A stretch of DNA of 64,000 nt from Actinomycetota bacterium (GTDB lineage Bacteria; Actinomycetota; CADDZG01; WHSQ01). Shown here one piece after another: positions 1 through 11,821 of the stretch. Location: assembly GCA_046262015.1 (NCBI GenBank), contig JBHENN010000097.1, forward strand, positions 1,304-65,303, in the 5' to 3' direction. Both the position numbers and the translations under genes were made by a program. The first letter of the stretch is position 1. Every line of letters starts with the position of its first letter. Under the pieces are notes generated by a model, which ran no database searches, was not told the DNA's origin, and was given only the letters and a program-made list of their open reading frames with translations.

Positions 1-1
1 C

Positions 2-376
2 GTGGGCGGGGAGACCCTCGGCGCGTTCAACGCCGACGGGGTGATCGTCGCCACCCCCACGGGCTCGACCGCATACGCGCTCAGCGCCGGCGGGCCGATC
101 GTGTCCCCGCGGGCGCAGTGCCTGGTGGTGGTCCCGGTCAACCCTCACATGATCCTGTCGCGTCCCTTCGTGCTCGCCCCCGACGAGACGGTGGACATCG
201 TCGTCGAGGAGGTCGAGCAGGGAGCGGCGCTGACGCTGGACGGCTCGATCGGCTGCGACCTCGAGGGCGGGGCCACGGTCGCGGTCGAGCGGCACCCCCG
301 CCCCCTCCGTCTCGTTCGCCTGTCCGGGCCCGTCTTTTTGGAACGCCTCCGGCAGAAGCTGAACCTCCCGCGCTGA
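2..376 (+). CDS. nadK: NAD kinase, C-terminal fragment (gene starts upstream of window)
   Basis: Translation contains GVIVATPTGSTAYALSAGGPIV, typical of NAD kinases. It lies directly upstream of recN, as in mycobacteria. Confidence 0.85.
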   Translation: MGGETLGAFNADGVIVATPTGSTAYALSAGGPIVSPRAQCLVVVPVNPHMILSRPFVLAPDETVDIVVEEVEQGAALTLDGSIGCDLEGGATVAVERHPRPLRLVRLSGPVFLERLRQKLNLPR

Positions 377-393
377 ACCGTAGGATTCGCCCG

Positions 394-2085
394 GTGCTTA
401 CCGAGCTCGTCGTCGAAGGCCTCGGCGTGATCGACCGCGCCGACGTCGTCCTGTCGCCGGGCTGTAGCGCACTCACGGGAGAGACGGGCGCCGGCAAGAC
501 CCTGCTGGTGGCGGCGCTGGGTCTTCTTGCCGGCGACCGGGCCGACCGCGCCATGATCCGCGGCGATCGGGACGGAGCCCGGGTCGAGGGCCGGTTCGAG
601 GTGCCCCTCTCTCACCCCGCGGTCGACTTCCTCGCGGCGCACGGGATCCTTGAAGACGGACCGTCGACAGAGCGCGTGGAGCTCGTCCTCGCTCGCACCA
701 TCCTCAAGGACGGCCGCGCCGGACAGGCCCGCGTCAACGGGCGTCTGGTGACGACGGCGATCCTGGCCGGCGCCGGACGCACGCTCGTCGAGATCGCCGG
801 CCAGCACGAACACCAGTTGCTGACGCGCCCGAGCCACCAGCGTCGTCTGCTGGACGCGTTCGCGGGACTGGAGGTCGAGGCCCTGGCGGCGCGCGTCTCG
901 GCCGCGGCGCGAGCCTCGGCCGCGGCGCGACGAGAGGCCGAGTCCCTGCAGGCCGCGGAACGAGAGCGCGAACGCGAGCTGGACGTCTTGCGCTACGAGA
1001 TCGCCGAGATCGAGGCCGCGGCTCCGGCGCCCGGCGAGGCCGAGGAGCTGCGCGCCGAGGTGACGAGGCTCGAGCACGCCGAGACGCTGGGGAAGGGTAC
1101 GGCCGCGACCGTGGCCGCACTGCGGGACGACGGTGGGGTCGTGGACGGCCTCTCCGGTGCGGCGTCACGCGTGGCCGAGCTGGCCGGCGTCGACCCCGGG
1201 TTGGCTCCGCTCGCGCTGCGGTTGGAGGCGGCCGCGTACGAGGCCGCCGACATCGCCGACGAGCTGACCGCGCGGAGCGTCGAGCCGGATCCCGATGCGC
1301 TCGAGACGGCGCGCACCAGGCTCGCTCTCCTGGCCCGCCTCCGCCGGAAGTACGGCGCCGAGGAGGACCACGTGCTCGCCTACCAGCAGCGCGCGCAAAA
1401 GCGCGCGGGAGAGCTCGACGGGGTGGCCGCCGACCTCGACCGCTGGATGGAGGAGGCGAGCCGCGCGGACCGGGAGGCCGCCGAGCTGGCGGCGCTGCTG
1501 TCGGACGCGCGCCGGGAAGCCGCCCCCCGTCTCGAGGTCGCGGTGGTCGAGCTCCTCGCGACCCTCGCGCTGGATCGAGCGGCGTTCCGAGTCGTGCTCG
1601 AGCCCCGCACCCTCTACGACGGCGGCGCCGAGACGGTCTCGTTCCTGGTCGCGGCCGACAAGGGTTCGTCCCCGGCACCGATCGCGAAGGTCGCGTCGGG
1701 AGGAGAGCTGTCGCGGATAGCTCTCGCGTTGCATCTGTTGACCGCAACGCGCTCGGTGCCGACCATGGTGTTCGACGAGGTCGACACGGGCGTCGGCGGC
1801 GAGGCCGCGCGCGCGGTCGGGGAGGCCCTCGCCCGCGTCGCGAAAGGCGGGGCTCAAGCACTCGTGGTCACGCATCTGCCGCAGGTCGCCGCGTTCGCCG
1901 ACCATCACTACCGGGTGCTGAAGCAGGAGGCCGCCGGACGCATGGTCGCCGTCGTCCAGGAGGTCGAGGGGCCGGAGCGCGTCGCGGAGCTGTCCCGGAT
2001 GCTCGCCGGTCTTCCCGAGAGCGAGCGCGCCCGCGAGCACGCCCAGGAGTTGCTCGAACTAGCCTCGGATACGGTGCCACCGTGA
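394..2085 (+). CDS. recN: DNA repair protein RecN
   Basis: GTG at 394 is in frame with ORF 118..2085. The N-terminal Walker A (LTGETGAGKT), long coiled-coil middle and C-terminal SGGELSRIALAL signature fit RecN. The ORF part upstream of 394 is Arg/Gly-rich and overlaps nadK. Confidence 0.9.
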   Translation: MLTELVVEGLGVIDRADVVLSPGCSALTGETGAGKTLLVAALGLLAGDRADRAMIRGDRDGARVEGRFEVPLSHPAVDFLAAHGILEDGPSTERVELVLARTILKDGRAGQARVNGRLVTTAILAGAGRTLVEIAGQHEHQLLTRPSHQRRLLDAFAGLEVEALAARVSAAARASAAARREAESLQAAERERERELDVLRYEIAEIEAAAPAPGEAEELRAEVTRLEHAETLGKGTAATVAALRDDGGVVDGLSGAASRVAELAGVDPGLAPLALRLEAAAYEAADIADELTARSVEPDPDALETARTRLALLARLRRKYGAEEDHVLAYQQRAQKRAGELDGVAADLDRWMEEASRADREAAELAALLSDARREAAPRLEVAVVELLATLALDRAAFRVVLEPRTLYDGGAETVSFLVAADKGSSPAPIAKVASGGELSRIALALHLLTATRSVPTMVFDEVDTGVGGEAARAVGEALARVAKGGAQALVVTHLPQVAAFADHHYRVLKQEAAGRMVAVVQEVEGPERVAELSRMLAGLPESERAREHAQELLELASDTVPP

Positions 2086-3281
2086 TCAAGCGGGGGAGAC
2101 GCCGGTCTCCGGCGCCGGCGTGGTCCTCGCCCGAAGGCATCGCGGGAGTGGCACGGGTGGACCGCCGCACGAAGAACCTGGTGGCGCGCATCGACCCGGG
2201 CGAGATCGCCGTGATCGACCATCGCGACATCGACCGGATCGCGGCCGAGGGGCTCGTCCAGCGACAGGTCAAGGCGGTCGTGAACGCATCGCCGTCCGCG
2301 TCGGGACGGTACCCGAACCTGGGTCCTCTGCTTCTGTGCTCCGCGGGCATCCCGGTCGTCGACGACGCGGGCGCGAACGTCATGGACCTCGACGACGGCA
2401 GTCACATCGCGATAGAGGCCGGCCGCGTCTTCAGGTGGAACGGCAAGGAGAGACAGCTCGTCGCCAAGGGGCGCGTTCTCACCCTTGCCGACGCGGAGCG
2501 GGTGCTGGATGCGTCCAAGGAGGGGATCGCCGAAGCGCTGGAGCGGTTCGCCGAGAACACGATCGGCTACATAAAGGAAGAGCGCGACGTCCTGCTGGAG
2601 GCGACACGCCTCCCCAAGGTCAAGACCGCGTTCCATGGACGGCACGTGCTACTGGTGGTGCGGGGCTCGGATTACAAGGACGACCTCGTCGCGCTGCGCT
2701 CCTACATCCGCGAGGTGCGTCCACTGTTGATCGGCGTGGACGGGGGGGCCGACGCGTTGATGGAGCGGGGGCTGCGCCCCGACATGATCATCGGGGACAT
2801 GGATTCGGTGACCACCGAAGCCCTCGTGAGCGGCGCAGAGCTGGTCGTCCACGCGTACCCCGGAGGCGGCGCGCCGGGGTTGGAGCGGATCGAGGCGCTG
2901 GGACTCGAAGCGGTCGTCTTCGAAGCGACCGGGACGTCCGAGGACATCACGATGCTGATGGCCCACGAAGGAGGCGCCGAGCTGATCGTCGCCGTCGGGA
3001 CGCATGCGAACCTCGTCGAGTTCCTCGACAAGGGCCGCAAGGGGATGGCGTCCACGTTCCTCACGCGCTTGCGGGTGGGTCCGATCCTGGTGGATGCCAA
3101 GGGCGTGAGCCGGCTGTACCGGCCGCGCATCCGACGGTCGGACCTGGCCCTGCTCGTGGCCGCCGCGCTGGTGACCCTGGTCGTCGCGGTCCAGATGTCC
3201 GCCGCCGCGAAGCTCCAGCTGCACCTCATATGGCTCGAGATCCAGAACGCGTGGTTCGCCGTGCGGCGGGCGATCTTCTAG
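2082..3281 (+). CDS. steA: SteA-like putative cytokinetic ring protein (thiamine pyrophosphokinase-like domain plus C-terminal TM)
   Basis: It sits downstream of recN with a GTGA overlap. The protein resembles the Rv1697/SteA family (IGDMDS motif, C-terminal hydrophobic helix). Confidence 0.7.
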   Translation: MIKRGRRRSPAPAWSSPEGIAGVARVDRRTKNLVARIDPGEIAVIDHRDIDRIAAEGLVQRQVKAVVNASPSASGRYPNLGPLLLCSAGIPVVDDAGANVMDLDDGSHIAIEAGRVFRWNGKERQLVAKGRVLTLADAERVLDASKEGIAEALERFAENTIGYIKEERDVLLEATRLPKVKTAFHGRHVLLVVRGSDYKDDLVALRSYIREVRPLLIGVDGGADALMERGLRPDMIIGDMDSVTTEALVSGAELVVHAYPGGGAPGLERIEALGLEAVVFEATGTSEDITMLMAHEGGAELIVAVGTHANLVEFLDKGRKGMASTFLTRLRVGPILVDAKGVSRLYRPRIRRSDLALLVAAALVTLVVAVQMSAAAKLQLHLIWLEIQNAWFAVRRAIF

Positions 3282-3283
3282 TT

Positions 3284-4243
3284 ATGGTCGACTTCCGCTA
3301 CCACCTGGTGTCCATCGTGGCCGTCCTGCTCGCGCTCGCGATCGGGCTGGTGCTCGGCTCCGCGATCCTCGGGGGCCCCTTCCTGGAGCGGCTCGATCGG
3401 CGGGTGGGCGCGCTCGAGGATGACAACGAAAGGCTCGAAGCCGAGATCCTCGAGCAGGACCGGATCGTCGATGAGGGACTGGCGTTCCAGCGAAGCGTCG
3501 AGCCCCACCTCGTCGCAGGGAGGCTCGACGGCCGGCGGGTGACGGTGTTCCAGTTCGACGGCACCGAGGGCGACGTGGTGGATGCGGTACGGGACGAGAT
3601 CGAGCTCGCCGGAGGAGCGGTGTCCTCGACCCTCACCTTGACCGACCGGTTCGCGCTGGTTGACGACGTCGACCGCGACCAGCTTGCGTTGGCCCTGGGC
3701 TCCGCCGCGGCCGGAAAGACCGAGCTGCTGGCGGAAGCGGGCCGGGCGATCGGGGCGGGGGCCGCTGCCGCGGGGGCCAAGCCGCTCGAGCTGGGGCCCG
3801 ATCGCCCGCTCCAGCCCGAAGCCTTCCAGGACCTCTTAGCGGAGCTCGAGGAGGTGGGGTTCATCGCGATCGACGGCGCCGACCCCGGCACCCCACCGGT
3901 GCCGCCGGACGCGTCCTTCGTCGTGGTCGGGGGGAGTGACGATCAGGCTGCGATCGGCATCGAGGCCCTGGCCCTCGGGCTGATCGACGGGCTCTCGGCG
4001 CGCGGTGCTGCCGTGGTCGCGGTGGAGAGATCCGAGAGCGCGTGGGGACTGGTAGCCGCCGTGAGGGACGACGCTGCTGCGCGCGAGATGGCGTCGACCG
4101 TCGATCACGGCGAGACGGTGACGGGACGGATCACCGTCGTCCTCGCGCTTGCACACGCATCCGAGGATGGGGCCGGCCACTACGGCACGGCCCCGGGGAC
4201 GACGGAGCTGCTTCCTGCTCCCCCCTCGGCGCCGGCCGGTTAG
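3284..4243 (+). CDS. MctB/SteB-like 'copper transporter' family membrane protein (DUF3186-like)
   Basis: ATG at 3284 is in frame with ORF 2120..4243. The N-terminus (MVDFRYHLVSIVAVLLALAIG) is a TM anchor followed by a coiled coil. The gene occupies the position of Rv1698 after steA. Confidence 0.6.
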   Translation: MVDFRYHLVSIVAVLLALAIGLVLGSAILGGPFLERLDRRVGALEDDNERLEAEILEQDRIVDEGLAFQRSVEPHLVAGRLDGRRVTVFQFDGTEGDVVDAVRDEIELAGGAVSSTLTLTDRFALVDDVDRDQLALALGSAAAGKTELLAEAGRAIGAGAAAAGAKPLELGPDRPLQPEAFQDLLAELEEVGFIAIDGADPGTPPVPPDASFVVVGGSDDQAAIGIEALALGLIDGLSARGAAVVAVERSESAWGLVAAVRDDAAAREMASTVDHGETVTGRITVVLALAHASEDGAGHYGTAPGTTELLPAPPSAPAG

Positions 4244-4244
4244 C

Positions 4245-5867
4245 GTGCCGTCGGGACCCGCCCCGGCATCTCTCGCACGCGGCGCCGCGGTCACCACGCT
4301 TGCGACCGCTGCGTCGCGGGTGACGGGCCTGGTGCGGGTGATCGTCGTAGCGGGTGCGATGGGGACGACGTTCCTGGCGAACACCTATCAGACCGCCAAC
4401 ACCGCGCCGAACATCCTCTTCGAGCTCCTCGCGGCCGGCGTCCTGACCTCGGTGTTCGTCCCTACCTTCGTGGGCTACCTCGTCGCCGGACGCAGCCGGG
4501 AGGGCTGGGACGCCGCGAACGCTCTTGCATCCGTGGCCCTCGCCGCGCTGCTCGGTCTCGCCGTCGTGCTGGCGCTCGCCGCGCCGGTCGTGATGCGCGT
4601 CCTCACCCTCGGCGTCGAGGACGACGTCCTGCGGGCGCGCGAGATAGCGCTGGGCTCGCAGCTCCTGAGGCTCTTCGCCCCGCAGGTCATCTTCTACGGG
4701 GCCGGGATGATCATGATGGGCGCGCTGCACGCGCACCGGCGCTTCGCTCTGCCGGCGCTGGCGCCGATATTCAACAACGTGGTCGTCATCGCCGTCTATC
4801 TCATCTACGCCGCGGTGCGAGCCGGGCGGCCGCCCGATATCGACCGGGTCACCGCGGGGGAAACGCTGTTGCTCGGCGCGGGAACCACCGCCGGCGTGGT
4901 GGCGATGACCGCCTGCTTGATGCCTCAGCTCACCCGGCTGGGCTGGAGGTTCCGTTTCCGGTTCGACCCTCACCATCCCGCGGTCCGCAAGGCGGGGCGC
5001 CTGGCCGTGTGGGCACTCGGATACGCAGGTGGCTACCAGGCCGGCCTCGTCGTGGTCCTCGTCCTCGCCAACCGCGTCGAGGGAGGAGTGGCCGCGTACC
5101 AATGGGCGTACACATTCTTCTATCTGCCGCACGCGTTCTTCGGAGTGCCCCTGTTCAACGTCTTGTTCACCGCCATGTCCGAGCACGCGGCGGCCGGAGA
5201 CCCGAACGCGTTCGCGCACCGCCTGCGCGACGGACTGGGCATGCTCGCCTTCCTGCTCGTCCCGGTGAGCCTCTTCCTCGTGGTGGCCGCCCATCCGCTC
5301 GCGCGCGTCACCTTGCAATACGGGGTCATGACCACCTCCGGCGCGGCACTGATCGCCCGGGTGCTCGCCGCGCTCGCACTCGGACTGCCGTTCTATTCCG
5401 CGTTCCTGGTGTTCACCCGGGCGTTCTACGCGCGCAGCGACGCACGGACCCCGGCGTTGGTCAATGCCGGGACGGTGCTGCTTGCGAGCGTCTCCGGTGC
5501 CGCGCTGTTCCTGGCGCTCCCGGCGCGCTGGGCGGTAGCGGGGCTCGCTCTGGGACATTCGTTCGCGTTCGCGGTCGGCGCGCTGTTCCTGGGATGGCTG
5601 TCGCTGCGGGCGGGGAGGCAGGAACCCCGGCTCGGCGCGCCGATCCGCCGGATCATCGCGGGCGCGGCGGTCTCTGGGGCGGCGATGAGCGCGGTGCGGC
5701 TCGGGCTCGCCGACGGCACGAGGTACGAGACCCTCGCGAACCTGCTGGCGACCGCGATCGCGGGCGCGATCGTCTACCTCGGCGCCATGCGCCTGCTGCG
5801 CGCGCCCGAGCTCGACCGGCTCGTCGGCCTCGTGAAGAGACCCGAAGGCGCGGGGACGGTGGGATGA
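4245..5867 (+). CDS. murJ: Lipid II flippase MurJ/MviN
   Basis: Polytopic membrane protein with MurJ-type N-terminus (ASRVTGLVRVIVVAGAMGTTFLANTYQTANTAPN). GTG at 4245 directly follows the upstream stop; the exact start is uncertain. Confidence 0.85.
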   Translation: MPSGPAPASLARGAAVTTLATAASRVTGLVRVIVVAGAMGTTFLANTYQTANTAPNILFELLAAGVLTSVFVPTFVGYLVAGRSREGWDAANALASVALAALLGLAVVLALAAPVVMRVLTLGVEDDVLRAREIALGSQLLRLFAPQVIFYGAGMIMMGALHAHRRFALPALAPIFNNVVVIAVYLIYAAVRAGRPPDIDRVTAGETLLLGAGTTAGVVAMTACLMPQLTRLGWRFRFRFDPHHPAVRKAGRLAVWALGYAGGYQAGLVVVLVLANRVEGGVAAYQWAYTFFYLPHAFFGVPLFNVLFTAMSEHAAAGDPNAFAHRLRDGLGMLAFLLVPVSLFLVVAAHPLARVTLQYGVMTTSGAALIARVLAALALGLPFYSAFLVFTRAFYARSDARTPALVNAGTVLLASVSGAALFLALPARWAVAGLALGHSFAFAVGALFLGWLSLRAGRQEPRLGAPIRRIIAGAAVSGAAMSAVRLGLADGTRYETLANLLATAIAGAIVYLGAMRLLRAPELDRLVGLVKRPEGAGTVG

Positions 5868-6970
5868 CCGCGCGGGTCCTGGAGGTCCTGGGGCAGTCGG
5901 CCGGAGGCGTGGGACGTCATGTCGCGCGGGTGACGAGCAGTCTGGACGGGATCGCCGGCCTGCACATCGACATCGCCGCGCCTTCCGACATCCGGGTGGC
6001 GATGCCCAAGAAGGTGGTGCCGCTGGAGGTGCCCACCGGCGCGTTGGTGGGTCATCGACGCACGATCCGCGCCCTTGCCTCGATCGTGGACCGGGGAGGG
6101 TACGAGGTGGTGCACGCGCACGGCCTGCGCGCCGGGATCGACGCCGCGCTGGCGCTGCGCTCCCGCCGTGTGCGGTTCCTCTACACCGTGCACAACGTGA
6201 TCCACCCACAGGTGTCCGGCCGTCTGCGCGCGTCCGTCTATGGGCGCGCCGAGCCTCTACCCGTGCGGATGAGCGATACGACCTTCGCCGCGTCCGAAGA
6301 GATCGCCCGGAACATCCTCAGACGCGCGCCGGACGCACGCGCCAAGGTAGAGGTCCTTCGGCTCGGTGTGGGCGAGCTCCCCGCCCCCACGCTCGGCCGC
6401 GTCGGGGTCCGCCGGGCCCTCGGGGTCGGTGACGAGCAGCCGCTCGTCGTGACCGTGGCCCGCCTCGCTCCGCAGAAGGCGCTGCACGTGCTGATCGAGG
6501 CTCTCGCCCTCCTGCCCGAGGAAGTCGTGCTCGTGCTGATCGGGGACGGGCCGCTGGAGGGGCGGCTGCGGTCCCTGGCGCGCGCACGCGGGGTCGCCGA
6601 ACGCGCCCTGTTCCTGGGCTATCGCGACGACATCGTCGATCATGTCGCCGCCGCGGACGTGTTCTGCCTGTCGTCGGTCTGGGAAGCCGTTGCCCTGGCG
6701 GCCCAGGAGGCGGTCCAGCTCGGCATACCGGTGGTGTCGACCGACGTCGGGGGCATGGGGGAGCTGATCGAGGACGGAGTCTCGGGCCGGCTGGTTCCAC
6801 CCGGAGATCCTCGGGCACTCGCCCGCGCCATCGCCGGCGTCCTCGCCGATCGCACCCGTGCCCGGGCCTACACCGTGGCGGCATCGGCAACGCTGACGGA
6901 GCGGTTCTCGACCGCGGCGATGCTGATCCGGCTCGAGCGCGCCTACCTGGAGGGAGAGGATGCCGGTTAG
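5864..6970 (+). CDS. GT-B fold glycosyltransferase (family 1/4 type)
   Basis: ATG at 5864 overlaps the murJ stop (ATGA). The C-terminal half carries a typical GT4 signature (EAVALAAQEAVQLGIPVVSTDVGGMGELIEDGVSGRLVPPGD). Confidence 0.8.
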   Translation: MTARVLEVLGQSAGGVGRHVARVTSSLDGIAGLHIDIAAPSDIRVAMPKKVVPLEVPTGALVGHRRTIRALASIVDRGGYEVVHAHGLRAGIDAALALRSRRVRFLYTVHNVIHPQVSGRLRASVYGRAEPLPVRMSDTTFAASEEIARNILRRAPDARAKVEVLRLGVGELPAPTLGRVGVRRALGVGDEQPLVVTVARLAPQKALHVLIEALALLPEEVVLVLIGDGPLEGRLRSLARARGVAERALFLGYRDDIVDHVAAADVFCLSSVWEAVALAAQEAVQLGIPVVSTDVGGMGELIEDGVSGRLVPPGDPRALARAIAGVLADRTRARAYTVAASATLTERFSTAAMLIRLERAYLEGEDAG

Positions 6971-9170
6971 GAGGCGCGCATCGGTCCTCGGGCTGGTTGC
7001 CGCCGCCGTCGCGCTGGGGCCCTTCGGCGCACCGGCCGCGCGCGCCCAGGTCCCCGACTGCGCCCGCGCGGTCGTCGTGACCGTGACCGGGATCACGTGG
7101 GCCGACGTCGCAAGGCTCCGACCCCCCGAGATCCTCGCGGCCGTCGCAGACGGTGCGGTGGGCTCGATGTCGGTGCGGACCGTCGGGTCCCACACCTCGT
7201 TCGCCTCCGGGTTCGCGACGATCGGGGCAGGCAACAGGCTCGAAGGCGGGCGGACGACCGGCGGCCCCGCGGATGTCGAGTCCGGGGCGGACCTGTTCCG
7301 CACGGTCGAGGTGGGAGGTCTCGCGGAGCTGGAGCTCCTCGCCGAGGAGGACCGCTACGGGGCCGTCCCCGGCGCACTCGGGGGCGCGCTGCGCGCCGCG
7401 AGCCGGAGCGTCCCGATCGCCATCGGCAACGCCGACCCGGGACGCCCTCCTCCCGCACCTGCCGGCTTCGGCCGCTGGAGCCTGCTGGCCGCGATGGACG
7501 ACCGCGGCATCGTCGAGCGTGCGGCGACGGGCCCCGAGCTGCTGATCGAGGACCCCGCTGCCCCCTTCGGCGTGCGCACGGATCCGCGCCGCATCGGCGC
7601 GGCGGTCGATAGCGCGCTCGGACGCTGCGGCGCGACGGTAGTGATCGACCCCGGCGACCTCGCCCGCGCCGAGAGGCTCCGGGCGATACAGGGGTCTCCG
7701 GCGTCCGAAGAGCTCTCTAGCGCGCTTGCCGCGGCCGATGCACTGATCGGGCGGGTGCGCACAGCTCTGTCAGGCGACGACCTGTTACTGATCGTGTCTC
7801 CGACCTCGCCGATGTGGGACCGCTCGACGCACTTCGGGATAGCGGTCGCGGTCGGCCCCGACATCGCTCCGGGGCGAAGCCTGGCATCTGCATCCACCCG
7901 GCGCGCCGGGATAGTCACGCTTCCGGACATCGCGCCGACGATCCTCGACCACTTCGGGGTCGCCCGTCCTGCCACCATGCAGGGCCGCCCGATGTACGAC
8001 GTCGACGCGTCCACGAGCGACCGCATCGGGGCGGCGATCGAGCTCGACCGCGAGGCGGTCTTCGTCGACCGCGTGCGCACGCCGGTGGTCACCAGCTTCG
8101 TGGTCCTCCAGGTGGTCGTCTACCTGCTGACCATCTGGCTGCTGGCGCGGCGGGAGCGTCGCGGAAGCCGGCCCGCGCCCAACCGCTGGCTAGAGCGATC
8201 CCCCGAGCTCGTGGCTCTCGCGTTGATCGCGTTCCCCGTCACCACCTATCTCGCCGGAGTGGTATCCGCTCACGATCTCGGCTTCGTCTGGTTCCCCGCG
8301 CTCCTCGGCGCGCTGGACCTCGCCATCGTGGCGGCGACCGTGGCTCTGGTGCCGCGTCCCCTCGACCGGCTCCTGGTCGTGACGGCCCTCACGACGCTGG
8401 TCATCGTCATCGACCTCATGACGGGATCGCGGTTGCAGCTCAACACGGTGTTCAGCTATTCGCCGCTCGTCGCAGGGCGCTTCGCCGGCCTGGGGAACAT
8501 CGGTTTCTCCGTGCTCGCGATCACCACGCTGATCGCGGGAGCGCTCATCGCCCACCGGTGGTCGGGATCGAGGATGGCGCTGGGTTCGATCGCCCTGCTG
8601 TTCCTCGTCGTGGTCGTCGTGGACGGCGCGCCGCAGTACGGCAGCGACGTGGGCGGCATCCTGGCTCTCGTCCCCGGACTGGGGATCACGTGGTTCCTGC
8701 TTGCCGGACGGCGACCGAACGTGAAGCTCGCGGCCGCGTCCGTGGTGGCTGCCCTCGCGTTCCTGGCCGCCTTCCTCGTGGTCGACCTACGCGGTCCCGT
8801 GGGGGATCGCACGCACCTCGCCCGGCTGTACGAAGACGTCCGCAGCGGGGGTTGGTCGGTCTTCGGGGACGCGATCGTCCGCAAGGTGCGGACCAACCTG
8901 CGCGTCTTCCGCTCGACGATATGGACCTATCTGGTGCCGCCGCTGGTCGGCGCGATGGCATGGCTCCTGCTGCGACCGCGCGGCCGCTGGAAGGTGGTCG
9001 CCTCCGCCTATCCCCGGCTCCACGCCGGCCTGGTCGGCGCGCTGGTGCTCGCCGCGCTGGGCTTCGCGGTCAACGACTCTGGCATCGTGATCCCCGCCGT
9101 GATCCTGTCCTACCTGGTGCCGATGGCGGTCGTGATGCACACCTCGCTCGAGCTCGGCACCGAGCGGTGA
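6960..9170 (+). CDS. Large membrane protein of unknown function (signal peptide, ~390 aa extracytoplasmic domain, polytopic C-terminal half)
   Basis: 736 aa ORF with high third-position GC. It has a signal-like N-terminus and many hydrophobic helices after residue ~400. I do not recognise a family. Confidence 0.6.
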   Translation: MPVRRRASVLGLVAAAVALGPFGAPAARAQVPDCARAVVVTVTGITWADVARLRPPEILAAVADGAVGSMSVRTVGSHTSFASGFATIGAGNRLEGGRTTGGPADVESGADLFRTVEVGGLAELELLAEEDRYGAVPGALGGALRAASRSVPIAIGNADPGRPPPAPAGFGRWSLLAAMDDRGIVERAATGPELLIEDPAAPFGVRTDPRRIGAAVDSALGRCGATVVIDPGDLARAERLRAIQGSPASEELSSALAAADALIGRVRTALSGDDLLLIVSPTSPMWDRSTHFGIAVAVGPDIAPGRSLASASTRRAGIVTLPDIAPTILDHFGVARPATMQGRPMYDVDASTSDRIGAAIELDREAVFVDRVRTPVVTSFVVLQVVVYLLTIWLLARRERRGSRPAPNRWLERSPELVALALIAFPVTTYLAGVVSAHDLGFVWFPALLGALDLAIVAATVALVPRPLDRLLVVTALTTLVIVIDLMTGSRLQLNTVFSYSPLVAGRFAGLGNIGFSVLAITTLIAGALIAHRWSGSRMALGSIALLFLVVVVVDGAPQYGSDVGGILALVPGLGITWFLLAGRRPNVKLAAASVVAALAFLAAFLVVDLRGPVGDRTHLARLYEDVRSGGWSVFGDAIVRKVRTNLRVFRSTIWTYLVPPLVGAMAWLLLRPRGRWKVVASAYPRLHAGLVGALVLAALGFAVNDSGIVIPAVILSYLVPMAVVMHTSLELGTER

Positions 9171-9994
9171 ACGGTCTCGCCGCGGCCATGGCCGGCGTCG
9201 GCGGGGGCGTCGCCGCGTGGGCGTGGTTGCGGACGGTTGCGCCCCGGCGCGCCGCGGGCTATCCGGTGCGGACGAACGTCGCCGGCGCCGACGTCCCGGT
9301 CGTGCTGGGCGAGGCCCTTCTCGCCGGCGGAGGCGCGGCCCTGTGCGGGGTCGCGGCGGCCGTAGCGGTGTACGGCGGGTCACTTTTGCCGGTCGCCGCG
9401 ACGATCGCGGTGCTGAGCCTCCTCGGCGCGGCCGGACGGTGGGACGACCGCCGGGGGGACGAGCGACCGCGCGGTTACTCGGGGCATCTCGGAGCGGCGC
9501 GTGCGGGCCGCCTTACCGGAGGGATCGTCAAGCTCGCCGCGGGGACCATAGCCGGCCTCGCCGCGGCCGCGCTGACCGCAGACGGGTGGCGCGCCGGGAT
9601 CGAGGTCGCGCTCCTGGTACCGCTCACCGCCAACCTCGTCAACCTGTTCGACCGCGCGCCGGGGCGTGCCGGCAAGGTCGCGCTCGTCGCCGCCGTCCCC
9701 CTGTTGCTGCTGGGCGACCCGGCGTGGCGGCCGGCCGGGGCGGGCGTCGCGGGCGCGCTCGTGGCCTGTATGCCGCGCGACCTCGCCGCGCGCGGGATGC
9801 TCGGGGACGAAGGTGCCAACGCCGTCGGCGGTGTGCTCGGCCTCGGCCTAGCCCTGTCGCTGGGGGAGCCGTGGCGTCTGGTCGCGCTAGCGGTGGTCGC
9901 GGCTCTCAATGCGGCATCCGAGCGGTGGTCGTTCGCCCGGGCGATCGAGCGGGTCCCGGCCCTGAGAGCGCTCGACCGGTTGGGACGCGAATGA
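9167..9994 (+). CDS. MraY/WecA-like (glycosyltransferase family 4) membrane protein, apparently degenerate
   Basis: GTG at 9167 overlaps the upstream stop (GTGA). NLVNLFDRAPGRAG and LGDEGANAVGG resemble the NxxNxxDGxDGL and GDxGS motifs of polyprenyl-phosphate sugar-phosphate transferases, but the acidic residues are partly replaced. Confidence 0.5.
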   Translation: MNGLAAAMAGVGGGVAAWAWLRTVAPRRAAGYPVRTNVAGADVPVVLGEALLAGGGAALCGVAAAVAVYGGSLLPVAATIAVLSLLGAAGRWDDRRGDERPRGYSGHLGAARAGRLTGGIVKLAAGTIAGLAAAALTADGWRAGIEVALLVPLTANLVNLFDRAPGRAGKVALVAAVPLLLLGDPAWRPAGAGVAGALVACMPRDLAARGMLGDEGANAVGGVLGLGLALSLGEPWRLVALAVVAALNAASERWSFARAIERVPALRALDRLGRE

Positions 9995-10026
9995 CGCGGC
10001 GCGGGCATACCCGCGTGCTACGGTGA

Positions 10027-11763
<1,737 letters not shown>

Positions 11764-11809
11764 CCTCGAACCGGGGCGGCCCGACGGCCGGCGGCCCGGA
11801 CCCTGCTTG

Positions 11810-11815
11810 TAGGGT
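11810..11815 (+). promoter_or_regulatory. -10 element TAGGGT placed 6 nt before the ald ATG (leaderless geometry)
   Basis: TAGGGT-cggggg-ATG. The same TANNNT-N6-ATG spacing is seen at four other genes in this window. Confidence 0.4.
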
Positions 11816-11821
11816 CGGGGG

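Noticed and set aside
5009-6970. The long 653 aa version of the glycosyltransferase ORF, and similar N-terminally extended ORFs (118..2085, 2120..4243, 7814..9994, 25530..27101, 42509..44986).
   Set aside because: The extensions overlap the preceding well-supported gene in another frame and are Arg/Gly/Pro-rich. Internal ATG/GTG starts that abut or overlap the upstream stop codon give proteins with normal N-termini.
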